NCBI GenBank assembly: GCA_965262235.1
Contig: OZ253504.1
Span: 13,081 to 77,080 of the forward strand
Length of the DNA stretch: 64,000 bases
Source: Dehalococcoidia bacterium
GTDB lineage: Bacteria > Chloroflexota > Dehalococcoidia > Bin125
Direction: 5' to 3'
A model generated the notes under the pieces. It was not told the origin of the DNA and ran no database searches. It worked only from the letters and a program-made list of their open reading frames with translations. Both the position numbers and the translations under genes were made by a program. This document shows, piece by piece, positions 10,331 to 23,063 of this stretch (positions are counted from its first letter, which is position 1; the number at the start of each line of letters is the position of its first letter).

Positions 10331-10708
10331 ATGCCATTGCAACTCGATCACACGATCGTGCCGGCCCACGACAAAGTGCGGTCGGCGGAGTTCATCGCCC
10401 GCATGTTCGGGCTGACCTATGAGGGAGCCTGGGGTCACTTCGCGCCGGTCAAGGTCAACGACACGCTCACGCTCGACTTCGACGATGCGGACGAGATTCG
10501 CTCCAATCACTACGCGTTTCTGGCCTCCGACGAGGAGTTCGAGGCCGTGCTGCAGCGCGTCAAGGATGAGGGCATCCCGTTTGGCAGCGGTCCCGGCTCG
10601 CGCACCGACGGCAAGATCAACCACCGGCATCAGGGCCGCGGTTTCTACTTCGACTGCGAGAACGGGCACGTGTGGGAAGTGATCACCCACACCTACATCA
10701 CAGGTTAG
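10331..10708 (+). CDS. VOC family protein (glyoxalase/bleomycin-resistance fold)
   Basis: 125 aa with 'HYAFLASDEEFEAVLQRVKDEGIPF' and 'GRGFYFDCENGHVWEV', typical of a VOC beta-alpha-beta-beta-beta module. Confidence 0.65.
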   Translation: MPLQLDHTIVPAHDKVRSAEFIARMFGLTYEGAWGHFAPVKVNDTLTLDFDDADEIRSNHYAFLASDEEFEAVLQRVKDEGIPFGSGPGSRTDGKINHRHQGRGFYFDCENGHVWEVITHTYITG

Positions 10709-10774
10709 GTCGCGCCGCCGGCGTGTGATCGCGCCGGCGGCTCACGTCCCGCGAACGGGCCTTGCCGCCGCCGA

Positions 10775-11704
10775 TCAGACGCGCAACGCGAGCCACATGC
10801 GGGTTCTGACCACGGTGATGATCAACGCCACCTCGATGGCGCCGCCGAGCCCCAAGAGCAGCATCAGCCACAGTGGGAACGCTTCACCGGCGGCGGCCCC
10901 GAGCGCCGGATTGCTGGACCCAGGACTTCGTGAGATGTCGGCTCGACCGCCCGTCCCAGCAGTCGTCCACACGACCGCCGGCTCCTCATCCTCCTCCGTT
11001 TCGGCGTCTTCGACGGCGCCCTGCGCATCGTCGTCTTCGGTCCCGTCGCCGGCGGACAGCTCACCAGCACCAGTCACCTCACTGTCGTCCTCCGCGCCGT
11101 CCTCGAGCTCGCCGAGCTCAGCCTCGCCCGCTTCACCCTCAGTCTCGACGCCGCCTTCGTCCTCAGTCTCGGCGTCATCTTCGCCCCGGGTATCGCCCTC
11201 ACCGTTGCCCTCACCGTCGGCAACATCGCCGGCAGCACTGTCGGAGGGCTCGGTCTGAGAGTCGGCGTCGCCGAGCACCTCAACGGTGTCCTCGCCGGCG
11301 ACCGTGGATTCGAGCTTGGCCTCATCACGGAATAGGCCCGAAATCGTATGTCGCCCCACCACATGCGACGCATTCATGCTGTAACTGACGGTCCGGCTTG
11401 GTCCGAGCAGGATGATTCGGACCTGCCGGCCCGCTTCGGTGATCTCGAGGGCATTCGCCGGTTGGTCAGACGATACGAAGCTGAAGCCCTCCGGCAGCGT
11501 CTCCATCAGTTCTGCATAGTCGCCGTACTGCGACGCGCTGACCGTAACGGTCAGTCGGCCACCCGGCTCCACGGTCTGATCAGAGAGCGATCGGACCACA
11601 TGGCTGGACGCCTGCGCGGGGTTCGGATGCGCCGGCCCGCCGAGTCCGATCCCTGCACCGATGATCGCCAGAGCCACGAGCGATACCAAGACGCCTCTGA
11701 TCAT
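10775..11704 (-). CDS. Secreted acidic low-complexity protein with a C-terminal membrane anchor
   Basis: N-terminal signal peptide, a D/E/G/T-rich acidic tract, and a C-terminal hydrophobic helix followed by 'VRTRMWLALRV'. Confidence 0.5.
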   Translation of the reverse strand: MIRGVLVSLVALAIIGAGIGLGGPAHPNPAQASSHVVRSLSDQTVEPGGRLTVTVSASQYGDYAELMETLPEGFSFVSSDQPANALEITEAGRQVRIILLGPSRTVSYSMNASHVVGRHTISGLFRDEAKLESTVAGEDTVEVLGDADSQTEPSDSAAGDVADGEGNGEGDTRGEDDAETEDEGGVETEGEAGEAELGELEDGAEDDSEVTGAGELSAGDGTEDDDAQGAVEDAETEEDEEPAVVWTTAGTGGRADISRSPGSSNPALGAAAGEAFPLWLMLLLGLGGAIEVALIITVVRTRMWLALRV

Positions 11705-11786
11705 GCCTCACCTCCAGCGGCCGCGGAGGTCCTGACCTGCCGGAGCGCCGCCTGGTTCATCGCAGTCGTTACGTCCCAGGCGTTCG

Positions 11787-14111
<2,325 letters not shown>

Positions 14112-14767
14112 CCGGGTGTCTCTCGTACGCCGCTCGTCAGCACGAGCCGTCCGCGGTACGATCCAGACGGATGGGCTGCTTCGTACCTCGGGCCTGTCAT
14201 GAGCGGCCGCTACAATTCATGCGCTGGACCCTCCCGGCCTGCGCGCTTGGCCGATGCGATAGTCGAAGGACGCGATCGCCAGCATGCGCATGCCGTCAAT
14301 TGCGACCGTATCAGGGGCCGCCACGTGGACGCTGCGCGGGCGGTCGATGAATCGGTAAAGTCGATCAGGTTGACGGGGCGCTAACGATTCGGATCAGTAT
14401 GTCGCGAAGGTCCGTATAGTGCGATCAATCTCACGGTGCGCAGTCATACCGATCGGCCCGAATGCGATCAACGCCGCGTTCGCGGGACGCTGCGCCGTTG
14501 CTCGGTCCCGTCACCGTGGCTACCAGATACCGCCGGCTTCCGTACGCCGCCGCCGCAGCCCGCACTGAGAGCGGACGATGGCGGGGGCGGCGCAGGCGGC
14601 GCGCAGGGCCGCGGTCGACCGCGGCGCGGCGCAGATCGAGCGTCGTTATCGCTTGTAGGCAACCGATCGCGGCTCCGAGCAGCCCATGCATCGCTCGCCG
14701 GCCCCGCGTCACCCGTCACGCCGCCGATCGGCGCGTCATTCCATCGCGCGCGCGATGCGAACGGGGG

Positions 14768-15688
14768 CTACGCGCCGAGATGCTCGCGGAGGAAGGCGAC
14801 CTCGGCCCGGGCTGATTCCTCAGCGTCGTCGCTCAGCGCGAGAAAATGCCAGCCCTGTTCGACGCGGTGGAGCTCAGCGCCGGCGATCTCGCGCGCCGAG
14901 TTCTCGGCATGGCTGAAGGGCACGTCGCCGTCGTGTGTGCCGTGCGCGACCAACGTGGGGCAGCGCACTTCGGCGAGGGGTAGTTGTTCGATGGCGCCGA
15001 ACTGTTCGATATCATTGTCGAATCCGGCGCGCAGCAGCTCGAAGGGCGGAGCGTCGGCCAGGACCCGTCGCAAGTACGCAAGCTTCTCTGGGCTCGCGAG
15101 AATATCAGCGGTCACGCGGGCCCGGTCCGCCGCATCCAGCGTACTCTCGATCTTCAGTAACTGCCCGACTGCGAGCCGCGGCAGGCGTTCCAGGATCTGG
15201 CCCTGGATCCAACCGATGATCGGATTGGTGAGCAAAGTCATCGTCAGGGCGGAGACTTCGATGGTCCAGGTCTGCGAGATGGCGACTTCGAGTATGAGCG
15301 CGTTCACTCGGTCGGGATGGCGCGCGGCGAACTCGATGCCGCTCGGTCCGCCGCCCGATATCGCGTAGGCAGCGACCTGGTCGATCGCGAGCGAATCGAG
15401 CAACGCCGCCGCGGCGTCGGCTTGCTGCTCAAAGCTGGGCCCCGTTGCGAGCGGCGTGCGCAGGTAGCCGGGCCGCGATGGCGTGATCGTTCCGAAACCC
15501 GCCGCTTCAAACCGCTCGCCGAAGATGCTGGCGTTATGCCCCTGCGGTGTGCCGTGAAAGATGACGACGTACGGCGCCTCGCCGCGGCGCGCGAATTCGA
15601 CGGGGCCGCGCGCGGTCTCGACGACTTCCGAAGCGGCGTTCAGCCGTTCGATCGCCTGCGCGCGACGTTGCTCGATGCCGAATACCAT
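14768..15688 (-). CDS. Alpha/beta-fold hydrolase
   Basis: 306 aa with 'HGTPQGH' and the nucleophile elbow 'AISGGG' (G-x-S-x-G). Confidence 0.75.
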   Translation of the reverse strand: MVFGIEQRRAQAIERLNAASEVVETARGPVEFARRGEAPYVVIFHGTPQGHNASIFGERFEAAGFGTITPSRPGYLRTPLATGPSFEQQADAAAALLDSLAIDQVAAYAISGGGPSGIEFAARHPDRVNALILEVAISQTWTIEVSALTMTLLTNPIIGWIQGQILERLPRLAVGQLLKIESTLDAADRARVTADILASPEKLAYLRRVLADAPPFELLRAGFDNDIEQFGAIEQLPLAEVRCPTLVAHGTHDGDVPFSHAENSAREIAGAELHRVEQGWHFLALSDDAEESARAEVAFLREHLGA

Positions 15689-15987
15689 TCGTGACTCCCC
15701 GACTCTCGCCGGCGGCGTTGGCGGCGTCGAAGCTGGCGGCGCGCGCTGATAGGGCCGGCCCGATTCGCGCGACCGTCAGCCTGGTCAGCCTGGCTTGTCG
15801 CCCGGCTCGCAACCTAGCCGATCGGAACGCTGCGCCGGTTGGGGCGTGCCGTTTGCGCGCGAGTCGGTGTTGGAGGCGCCACCAACTGTCTGTCTCTGAA
15901 GCCAGCTGATTTTCGCTCGGGTTGCCGGGTCGTGGCGGATCGAGGTCGACGTGGCTAGACGGTTCACTGGGGACCTGACGCTAGGGT

Positions 15988-17763
15988 GTGGCTCCGGGGT
16001 GGGCCTGCGATGTTTCCATGACCATGGCGGCGCGTCTGCGCGGGCCCGCTGTGTGGCTGCTGATCGCCGCGTCGGTGTGCATGGCTGGTGGGCTTGCTGC
16101 GCTGCCGAATTCCGTCGCCACCGCTGCGAGCATTCCTGAAGCAACTGGCGCCACCCTGGCCACCACACCGGCTCCCGATGCGGGTGCGGCATTCCTCGGC
16201 TCAGACCCCAAGGAGTGCGTGTGGCGGCACGCGACGCTGGCGACTGTGCCTGACTTGTCCATCGCCGGCAGCGACGTCGTGTCGAAGCGGAAGATCGCGA
16301 GCGCGGTGCTGCCCTGCTCGCGAATGGTCGTGCTCGCGCGCTGGGCGGCGATCACCGATCAGCGGCGCGATGTGCTGGACCTGTATCGCGGCGACGTGCT
16401 GCGCATCCTGCGCGGCGAGGCCAACGACTGGTCCGACTTCGGCGGTAGCCCTCAGCCGATCAGCGTCTACCTGCCAGCGTCGCAGGCCGGCGCGATCGCG
16501 GCCGGGCTCGGCATCCCGCTCAGCGAGCTGGCGGCAGACCTGCTGCCGGACGATGAGGTGACGGACCGCGTCGAATCCACGCCGGGCGCGTTCGCGCTGA
16601 TCGAGCCCGAGCGGCTGCGGCTCGGCGTCCTGGCGCTCACAGTCAGTGGCTACGACCCGTACCGCGACCCGGCGCGGCTGTCACCACTGCGTCTGCTGGG
16701 CTGGGTGCGCGCGCCCACGGCCGCGGACGCCATCGCGCTGCTTGCGGCGGCCGGCATCGAGGTCGCGGCGCCGTTCGACCCGGCGGGAATGGTGGTCACC
16801 GGCGAGTTGATCCCGGTGCGTTGCACCAACCATGTGCTCGCCGCGCTCGATGACTACGGCGCAATGTTCGACGGCGTGCGCGATGCCATCCTCGCAGCCG
16901 ATATCGCCGTCGCGCCGCTCGAGTCGGCGCTGACCGACCTGGGCGGGCCGACGCCATGCGTCGAAACGCTGATGCTGCAGGGCAGCCCGCGGGTCGTGCC
17001 CGCGCTGTCCGACGCAGGCGTGGACGTGGTGCTGACGATCGGCAACCACATGCTGGACTGTTGGGGCGGCTGCTCGGGCGCGGCGGCGTTGTTCGACACG
17101 CTGGCGCGACTGCATGCGGCGGGCATCGCGACCGCCGGCGCCGGGAAGGACCTGCTGTCCGCCCGCAGACCCGCCGTGGTCAGCGTCGAGACGGCGCAGG
17201 GGCCGGTGCGCTTCGCGTTCCTCGGTTACGACTCGATCGCGCCCTGGTACGCGGCGGGGGACGAGAAGCCCGGTACGGCGCCGCTCAGCGCCGAGAGCGT
17301 GCGCGAGGACGTGAGCGCGGCTCGCGCAGTCGCCGATCACGTGGTGGTCGGGGCGGGCTGGGGCGTCGAGTACACCTCCAACCCGATCGCATCTCAGCGC
17401 GAGATCGGCGGGATCGCGATCGAGGCCGGCGCGAGCTTCGTGATGGGCAACCATCCGCACTGGGTGCAGGCCGTCGAGCACTTCGACGGCGAGCACGGAG
17501 CGCAGGGTGCGCTGGTGGCCTACTCGTTCGGCAACTTCGTCTTCGACCAGAAGTGGTCTGTCGCTACGACGCAGGGCATGCTGATGGAGCTGGGCTTCAC
17601 CTCGGAGCGGCTGATCGGCTACCGAATTCGCCCGGTGGTGATCCGGGCCCACAGCAGCCAACTCCCGTGGAGCTATCGGCCCGAGTTCGTCGACCCCGCC
17701 GGCGAAGGCCGCCCAATCCTCAATCGCATCTGGAACGCCCAGGACCGCCTGCCACCGCGGTAG
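15988..17763 (+). CDS. CapA-family metallophosphatase-like protein (poly-gamma-glutamate synthesis CapA/YwtB-like) with an N-terminal extra domain; the start may be 16018
   Basis: C-terminal 'LTIGNHMLD', 'FVMGNHPHWVQ' and 'YSFGNFVFDQ' match CapA. Signal-like 'AVWLLIAASVCMAGGLAA'. Confidence 0.65.
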   Translation: MAPGWACDVSMTMAARLRGPAVWLLIAASVCMAGGLAALPNSVATAASIPEATGATLATTPAPDAGAAFLGSDPKECVWRHATLATVPDLSIAGSDVVSKRKIASAVLPCSRMVVLARWAAITDQRRDVLDLYRGDVLRILRGEANDWSDFGGSPQPISVYLPASQAGAIAAGLGIPLSELAADLLPDDEVTDRVESTPGAFALIEPERLRLGVLALTVSGYDPYRDPARLSPLRLLGWVRAPTAADAIALLAAAGIEVAAPFDPAGMVVTGELIPVRCTNHVLAALDDYGAMFDGVRDAILAADIAVAPLESALTDLGGPTPCVETLMLQGSPRVVPALSDAGVDVVLTIGNHMLDCWGGCSGAAALFDTLARLHAAGIATAGAGKDLLSARRPAVVSVETAQGPVRFAFLGYDSIAPWYAAGDEKPGTAPLSAESVREDVSAARAVADHVVVGAGWGVEYTSNPIASQREIGGIAIEAGASFVMGNHPHWVQAVEHFDGEHGAQGALVAYSFGNFVFDQKWSVATTQGMLMELGFTSERLIGYRIRPVVIRAHSSQLPWSYRPEFVDPAGEGRPILNRIWNAQDRLPPR

Positions 17764-18536
17764 TGCGTCACGATCCCAACCGCGTCGGACATGCTGCCAG
17801 TCAGATCGCGCCAGTGGTCATCATGCACCTCATCGGTTTAGCCGGCGCCGACGATCACGGATAACGTGAGGACGCCGAAGTTCGATCCAGGATCGGGTGT
17901 CGAGCGGGATCGAGTGGCCTTGCACCAAGCGGGTTCCCGGCATTAGGCAGGCCGACGACGAAACCAGCTCAGCGGCGCTGTCGAAAATCCTCGGGGACCG
18001 GACGGCCTCGGGATCTTCGCAACTCATGGCTGCCAGACCGTCCCCTGGCGCGTCTTGCCGCGCCACGACTCGACGGAGGTCACGAAACGCGCAACGTCAG
18101 GAACTGCGTATTCGACCGTCGATTCAGCCAGTCCGCTGAGTCTTCGAGTGGCGGCACGACGCTCGATGGTTTGAAAGGAACCGAATGACCGCTTGGTCAC
18201 CAGTCCGAACATGGGCTTGGCAAATCCCGAGTTGATCTGGCATACCGCAATCTGCTCCACGTATTCACTGACCACGCGGTGAGTGTCCAGCGTCAGGACA
18301 TCGTGGCAATGATCTCGGTACGGCGCCGCATTGAGCATCCGCATGAGGCGATCCTGCGAGAGCCACAGGAACACCTTGCGATTGAGAAACCCATACCACT
18401 GCGTGGTAGACAGGTTGGTCAGGGCGGCTTCCAAGTCGCTCGGCGGCATCGATTTCTGATCGCGGAGGGGATTATAACCCGCAGTTGACAATAGGCGGGA
18501 CTTTCGGTAGCCCGTGATCACACAGGAGAGACCGAA

Positions 18537-19499
18537 ATGGCAACCGCGAAGCAAGCCCCAGGGCGTTCAGACCGCACCGGACTGACCCTGCCGCAACTGT
18601 TCAAGATGTTTCCCGACGACGCCGCTGCTGAGCGCTGGTTCGAGCAGCTGATGTGGCGTGAGCAAGGCCCTATTTGCCCCGATTGCCAGTCTCAGAATCA
18701 CGCGGTCGTGGACGACGCTCACAAGTCAATGCCCTACCACTGCCGCGAATGCCGCTCCTACTACTCAGTTAAGAAGGGAACCGTCATGCACAGTTCCCAA
18801 CTCGGCTACCAGACGTGGGCGATTGCGCTCTACCAGATCATCACCGGACTCAAGGGCGTCTCGGCGATGAAACTGCATCGCCATCTGGGAATCAGCTACA
18901 AGACGGCATGGCACCTGCTGCATCGAATCCGCCAGGCGCTCGAATCGGGCGATCTGGCGATGTTTGACGGCGATGTCGAGGTAGACGAAACCTACGTCGG
19001 CGGTCGTGAAGCCAACAAGCACCAGAGCAAGCGACTCAAGCAAGGTGGCGGAACCTACGGCAAGGCCGCCGTCGCAGGCGCGAAGGATCGCAAGTCGGGC
19101 AAAGTTCACGCAAACGTCGTCAAGTCGGTCGTCAAGGCCACCGACAAGCTGACCTTGCACGGATTCGTGCACGACACCGTTGCCCCAGGCGCCCGCCTGT
19201 TCACAGACGAATGGCCGGCCTACAGGGGTGTCAGGATGCGCCACGCTGCGGTCAAGCACTCGGCAGGCGAGTACGTGGTCGGCGACGCTCACACACAGGG
19301 CATTGAGTCGTTCTGGTCGATGCTCAAGCGCGGGCTGAACGGCGTCTACCACCACGTCAGCGTGAAGCATCTTGACCACTACGTGGGAGAGTTCGCAGGC
19401 CGCCATAACCTGCGCGAATTCGACACTGAGGAACAGATGGCTCTTGTGGCCCGTGGGATGCAGGGCAAGCGCCTGCGCTACAGCGACTTGACCGCCTGA
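18537..19499 (+). CDS. IS1595-family transposase (N-terminal zinc ribbon plus DDE domain)
   Basis: 'CPDCQSQNHAV...YHCRECRSYYS' zinc ribbon and 'VEVDETYVGG' with a DDE core, typical of ISXO2-like/IS1595 transposases. Confidence 0.85.
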   Translation: MATAKQAPGRSDRTGLTLPQLFKMFPDDAAAERWFEQLMWREQGPICPDCQSQNHAVVDDAHKSMPYHCRECRSYYSVKKGTVMHSSQLGYQTWAIALYQIITGLKGVSAMKLHRHLGISYKTAWHLLHRIRQALESGDLAMFDGDVEVDETYVGGREANKHQSKRLKQGGGTYGKAAVAGAKDRKSGKVHANVVKSVVKATDKLTLHGFVHDTVAPGARLFTDEWPAYRGVRMRHAAVKHSAGEYVVGDAHTQGIESFWSMLKRGLNGVYHHVSVKHLDHYVGEFAGRHNLREFDTEEQMALVARGMQGKRLRYSDLTA

Positions 19500-19686
19500 G
19501 GCTTCTCGCCCTTGTTGCCGAGCATCGCTTTCAGCACACGCTTGGGCGCGTCGGGAATCCTCAAGTCCTTTGGCTCAGGCATCGGGACGGACTCTCGGTT
19601 GGCGGCGGATTTCCTTGCAATGCACCACTGTTCGCGTGTTGTCCAGTCGTGGCTAGAATGAGAATCGGCGGGGCAGCCTGGACGCT

Positions 19687-20136
19687 GTGTACCCGCCGAC
19701 TCAAGGCAAATCGCCTATCGTGAATGTATCGCGAGGGGCTGGTCGGGATGTTGATTTGCCCAGCCTTGCAACCATTGTTGAGCGAATCTGGGGCGCAATT
19801 CGGGATCGGACTCCATTCGGAGGCAAGATCGTCAAAGTTGCTCCCATGGCGTTGCTGTTTGTGGCTACCCATTTGGGGCACGTCGCAGCCCGTGAGATTC
19901 ACGAAGGGCACACCGTGCACGAAGCGCTGATTGCCGTTCCCGCCGTCCTTGCCTTTGTTGTTGTCATGTATTGGCTATATCGTCTCGGGCCGGTTGAGCC
20001 GGTAGAGAAAGAGCCAAGTCTGGCTGAGGCGTTTGCGGCGCTTCCGGCCGCAACTGCCGATGCCGTTGATCAGGTGATCGTGCGACGATTGGGACACCTG
20101 ATTGAAGATCTTCAGCCGGAGGAACCTGAACGCTAA
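19687..20136 (+). CDS. IS passenger ORF, small two-helix membrane protein
   Basis: 149-aa ORF lying entirely between the transposase gene and IRR. Contains two hydrophobic helices. Confidence 0.35.
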   Translation: MYPPTQGKSPIVNVSRGAGRDVDLPSLATIVERIWGAIRDRTPFGGKIVKVAPMALLFVATHLGHVAAREIHEGHTVHEALIAVPAVLAFVVVMYWLYRLGPVEPVEKEPSLAEAFAALPAATADAVDQVIVRRLGHLIEDLQPEEPER

Positions 20137-20703
20137 GCTGGCATCAATGTGCAACCAGATTACGTGGGTGCTATCCGATATAAGTCCCGCCTGTTGTCAA
20201 CTGCGGGTTATAATCCCCATCGCCGACCACAGCGCTGCCGTATGAGGGATGTTCGATCGGGATACTCTCCGGCCGCCACTGCGACTCAATGCTGGTTCGC
20301 GTCGCACCGTCGATTTCGAACAGGTCGAGCAACGCGGTCGTGCTGAGCAACCCGCGCTCGCGTATGCTCGGCCAGCTGCCGGACTCAGCCATGTGGTAGA
20401 GGGACGGGTACAGCGCTGCGAATCGCTCCAGCCGGGCGGGCGTCATCGATCCTGACTCCGATCGCTTGAGGAGAGGGGTCCGTTCGAGACGCCGTGCTCA
20501 CGAGGGTTGGATGTCGGAAAGGGCAGAATCCTCGCCGTTGGACAATACGGGCTCAGCGAGCGCTTCGGCCGGTGCGCAGACGAAGCAGTCACCGAAGTTG
20601 AGAGCGTTGCGGCCGAGTCGCTCACGGGAGGGATCGCCGGCTCGACGGAGAGGCGCGACGGCGTCGGCTAATCTCGGGGTCGGCGAGCCTGACCGAGGAT
20701 GGA

Positions 20704-21927
20704 GTGCCCGTGCCTGGAGAACAAACCCAGCCGAAGCCACTGCTGCGGGGGCTCAAGGTGGTCGAGATGGCGACCTGGCTCTTTGCGCCGATGAGCGCTT
20801 GCCTGTTGGGCGAGCTGGGGGCGGATGTGATCAAGGTCGAGGCGCACGGGGGCGATCCGATGCGTGGACTGGTCCATCGCGTCCGCGATCATGTCGACTG
20901 GGTCTACGAGCTGGCCAATCGGAACAAGCGGAGCGTCGCGCTCGACGTGCGCAGCCCTGGGGGCGGCGAGGTGATGCGACGCCTGTTGGCGGACGCGGAC
21001 ATCTTCATCGTCAACCTCCGGCGCGGCGGGCTCGAACGGCTCGGGATTGACTACGAGTCGCTGCGAGAGAGCCACCCGCGACTGATCTACGCGCACGCCA
21101 CGGGCTACGGCACGGAAGGCCCCGACATCAACCGGCCGGCCTTCGACGAGCTGGCCTATTGGGCGCGCGGGGGCTTCATGTCGATCCTCGGCGCGCCGGG
21201 CAACGACCCGGTGCGGCTGGTGGGCGCGATGGGCGACCTGCCCAGCGCGATGAACATCACGGCCGCGATTTTCGCCGCGCTCTACCAGCGCGAACTGACC
21301 GGCGAGGGACAGTTCCTCACGTGCTCGCTCTATGGCGGCGGGATCTGGGCGAACGGCTTCGCCGTGCAGGGCGCGTTGGCCACCGGTCAGAACTTTCCTC
21401 GGGGCGACCGCTACAGCTCCTTCAATTCGCTGTACAACTCATATCGCGCAGCCGACGACAAGTGGCTACAGCTCGCGATGATCCAGGAGGAACGATTCTG
21501 GGCGCCGTTCGCCGAGGCGATCGATCTGCCGATCCTCACGGAGGATGCGCGCTTCGCCGTGACCGTCGAGCGGCGCCGGCACACCCGCGAGGCGGTCGAG
21601 CTGATCGAGCAGCGCATCGCTGAGGAACCTCGCGACCACTGGGCGGCGATCTTTGACGCGCTCGACTTCCCCTGGGCCCCGGCTGCCGATGAGCTGGAGA
21701 TCGCTCAGGATCCGCAAGCCGCGGCCAACGGCTACGTCGGCGTGATGGAGCACCGCTCCGGCATCGAGTTCAAGGTGCTCGGGGCGCCGTTCAAGCTCGA
21801 CCAGGCGCCCACGACCAACTACAGCAGCGCCGCTGAGCTCGGCGAACACACCGAACTCGTCCTCGAAGAGCTGGGCTACGACTGGGACGCCATCGCAGCC
21901 CTCAAGCAGGCCGGCGCGATCCCCTGA
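20704..21927 (+). CDS. CoA-transferase family III protein (CaiB/BaiF)
   Basis: 407 aa. 'LRGLKVVEMATW...GADVIKVE' N-terminus and 'LIYAHATGYGTEGP' match family III. Confidence 0.85.
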   Translation: MPVPGEQTQPKPLLRGLKVVEMATWLFAPMSACLLGELGADVIKVEAHGGDPMRGLVHRVRDHVDWVYELANRNKRSVALDVRSPGGGEVMRRLLADADIFIVNLRRGGLERLGIDYESLRESHPRLIYAHATGYGTEGPDINRPAFDELAYWARGGFMSILGAPGNDPVRLVGAMGDLPSAMNITAAIFAALYQRELTGEGQFLTCSLYGGGIWANGFAVQGALATGQNFPRGDRYSSFNSLYNSYRAADDKWLQLAMIQEERFWAPFAEAIDLPILTEDARFAVTVERRRHTREAVELIEQRIAEEPRDHWAAIFDALDFPWAPAADELEIAQDPQAAANGYVGVMEHRSGIEFKVLGAPFKLDQAPTTNYSSAAELGEHTELVLEELGYDWDAIAALKQAGAIP

Positions 21928-21973
21928 GCGGACCACCCGCCGGCAGTGAACAGCAGCGAAAGGCGGACTGCAC

Positions 21974-22861
21974 ATGCCCGAGATCATCGACTTCAGAGTG
22001 ACGTTGCCGCCGCGTGAATGGATCGACCCCGCCGGCGATGGAGACAACCGCTTCGGGGACAGTAGTTACCTGGCCAACTACAACCGCATCTACACGCGCG
22101 AGCGTGGCGGCGGGCGAGACGCCGACGCGCTGGTCGCGGCGATCGGCGAGGCCGGCATCGACCGGGCGGTGCTGCAGGCCGAATGGGCGGCGGGCGACTA
22201 CCGCGCCATGAACGATGCCGTGCATCGGATCGTCACCGATCATCCCGACGTGCTGACCGGCTACGTCACCGTCAATCCCGGCGTCGGCGATGACATGGCG
22301 GCGGTCGTCGAGCATGAGGTCCGCGAACGCGGGGCACGCGGCGTCAACCTGCAGCCGTTCTCGTACCGCGTGCTGGCCAACGACAAGCGCTTCTACCCGC
22401 TGTATGCGAAGTGCCAGGAGCTCGGCGTTCCGGTCACGATTCACTCGTCGATCAACTTCTCGAACGACCGATCGATCGAGTTCGGCCGCCCGCTCTACCT
22501 CTGCGAGATCGCCTGCGATTTCCCCGAGCTCATCATCGTCGCGAACCACGGCGGCTGGCCCTGGGTCAACGAGCTGGTCGCAGTCGCGTGGAAGCACGCC
22601 AGTGTCTACATCGAGATCGGCGCGGTCGCGCCCAAGTACATCGGAACGCCGGGTACCGGCTGGGAGACGCTGATGCAGTATGGCAACTCGTCGCTGCTCA
22701 GCGACCGGGTGCTGTTCGCCACCGACAACATGATTCCCTTCCAGCGCGCCATCCAGGAGCTGCAGGACTTGCCGCTCAAGGACCACGTCAAGGAGGGCTG
22801 GCTGGGGGAGAACGCCGCGCGACTGCTCGCGCAGGTGGAGGACCGGTTGGCGGCGTTGTAA
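21974..22861 (+). CDS. Amidohydrolase-2 family protein (ACMSD-like metal-dependent hydrolase)
   Basis: 295 aa with 'VTIHSS', 'VANHGGWPW' and 'LFATDNM'. A diverged partial paralog sits at 27734-27919. Confidence 0.75.
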   Translation: MPEIIDFRVTLPPREWIDPAGDGDNRFGDSSYLANYNRIYTRERGGGRDADALVAAIGEAGIDRAVLQAEWAAGDYRAMNDAVHRIVTDHPDVLTGYVTVNPGVGDDMAAVVEHEVRERGARGVNLQPFSYRVLANDKRFYPLYAKCQELGVPVTIHSSINFSNDRSIEFGRPLYLCEIACDFPELIIVANHGGWPWVNELVAVAWKHASVYIEIGAVAPKYIGTPGTGWETLMQYGNSSLLSDRVLFATDNMIPFQRAIQELQDLPLKDHVKEGWLGENAARLLAQVEDRLAAL

Positions 22862-23063
22862 CGCTCTGACGATTGCCAGGTGGAATCACGTCGGCGGACT
22901 CGATGTCGATCGACTCCGCTGGCCGAATCACACCACGTGACTACTGGACGCAGTCAGATCCTCTGCCGTGAAGTCACGCGCGGTGCGGCCTGGATCCACC
23001 GCGGAAGCCATCCGCGCTGGTATCCTCGGCGCAACCCACTGGCGACGGGAGGACCGAACGACG

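Larger units (their letters stand above)
18467..20218. mobile_element. IS1595-family insertion sequence (1752 bp) with 37-bp terminal inverted repeats and an 8-bp target duplication
   Basis: IRL 18467-18503 'ggggattataacccgcagttgacaataggcgggactt' against the reverse complement of IRR 20182-20218, 36/37 identical. Flanking direct repeats atcgcgga (18459-18466) and atcgccga (20219-20226). Confidence 0.85.
18024..20446 (-). pseudogene. Gene split by the IS1595 insertion; the reconstructed roughly 220-aa product is a candidate DarT-like (DUF4433) ADP-ribosyltransferase
   Basis: The N-terminal part (20446-20219) and C-terminal part (18466-18024) are in frame once the IS and one TSD copy are removed. 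N-terminal 'LYHMAESGSWPSIRERGLLS' resembles the DarT 'LYHFTHxxNLPSILxxGLL' motif; recalled from memory only. Confidence 0.4.
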
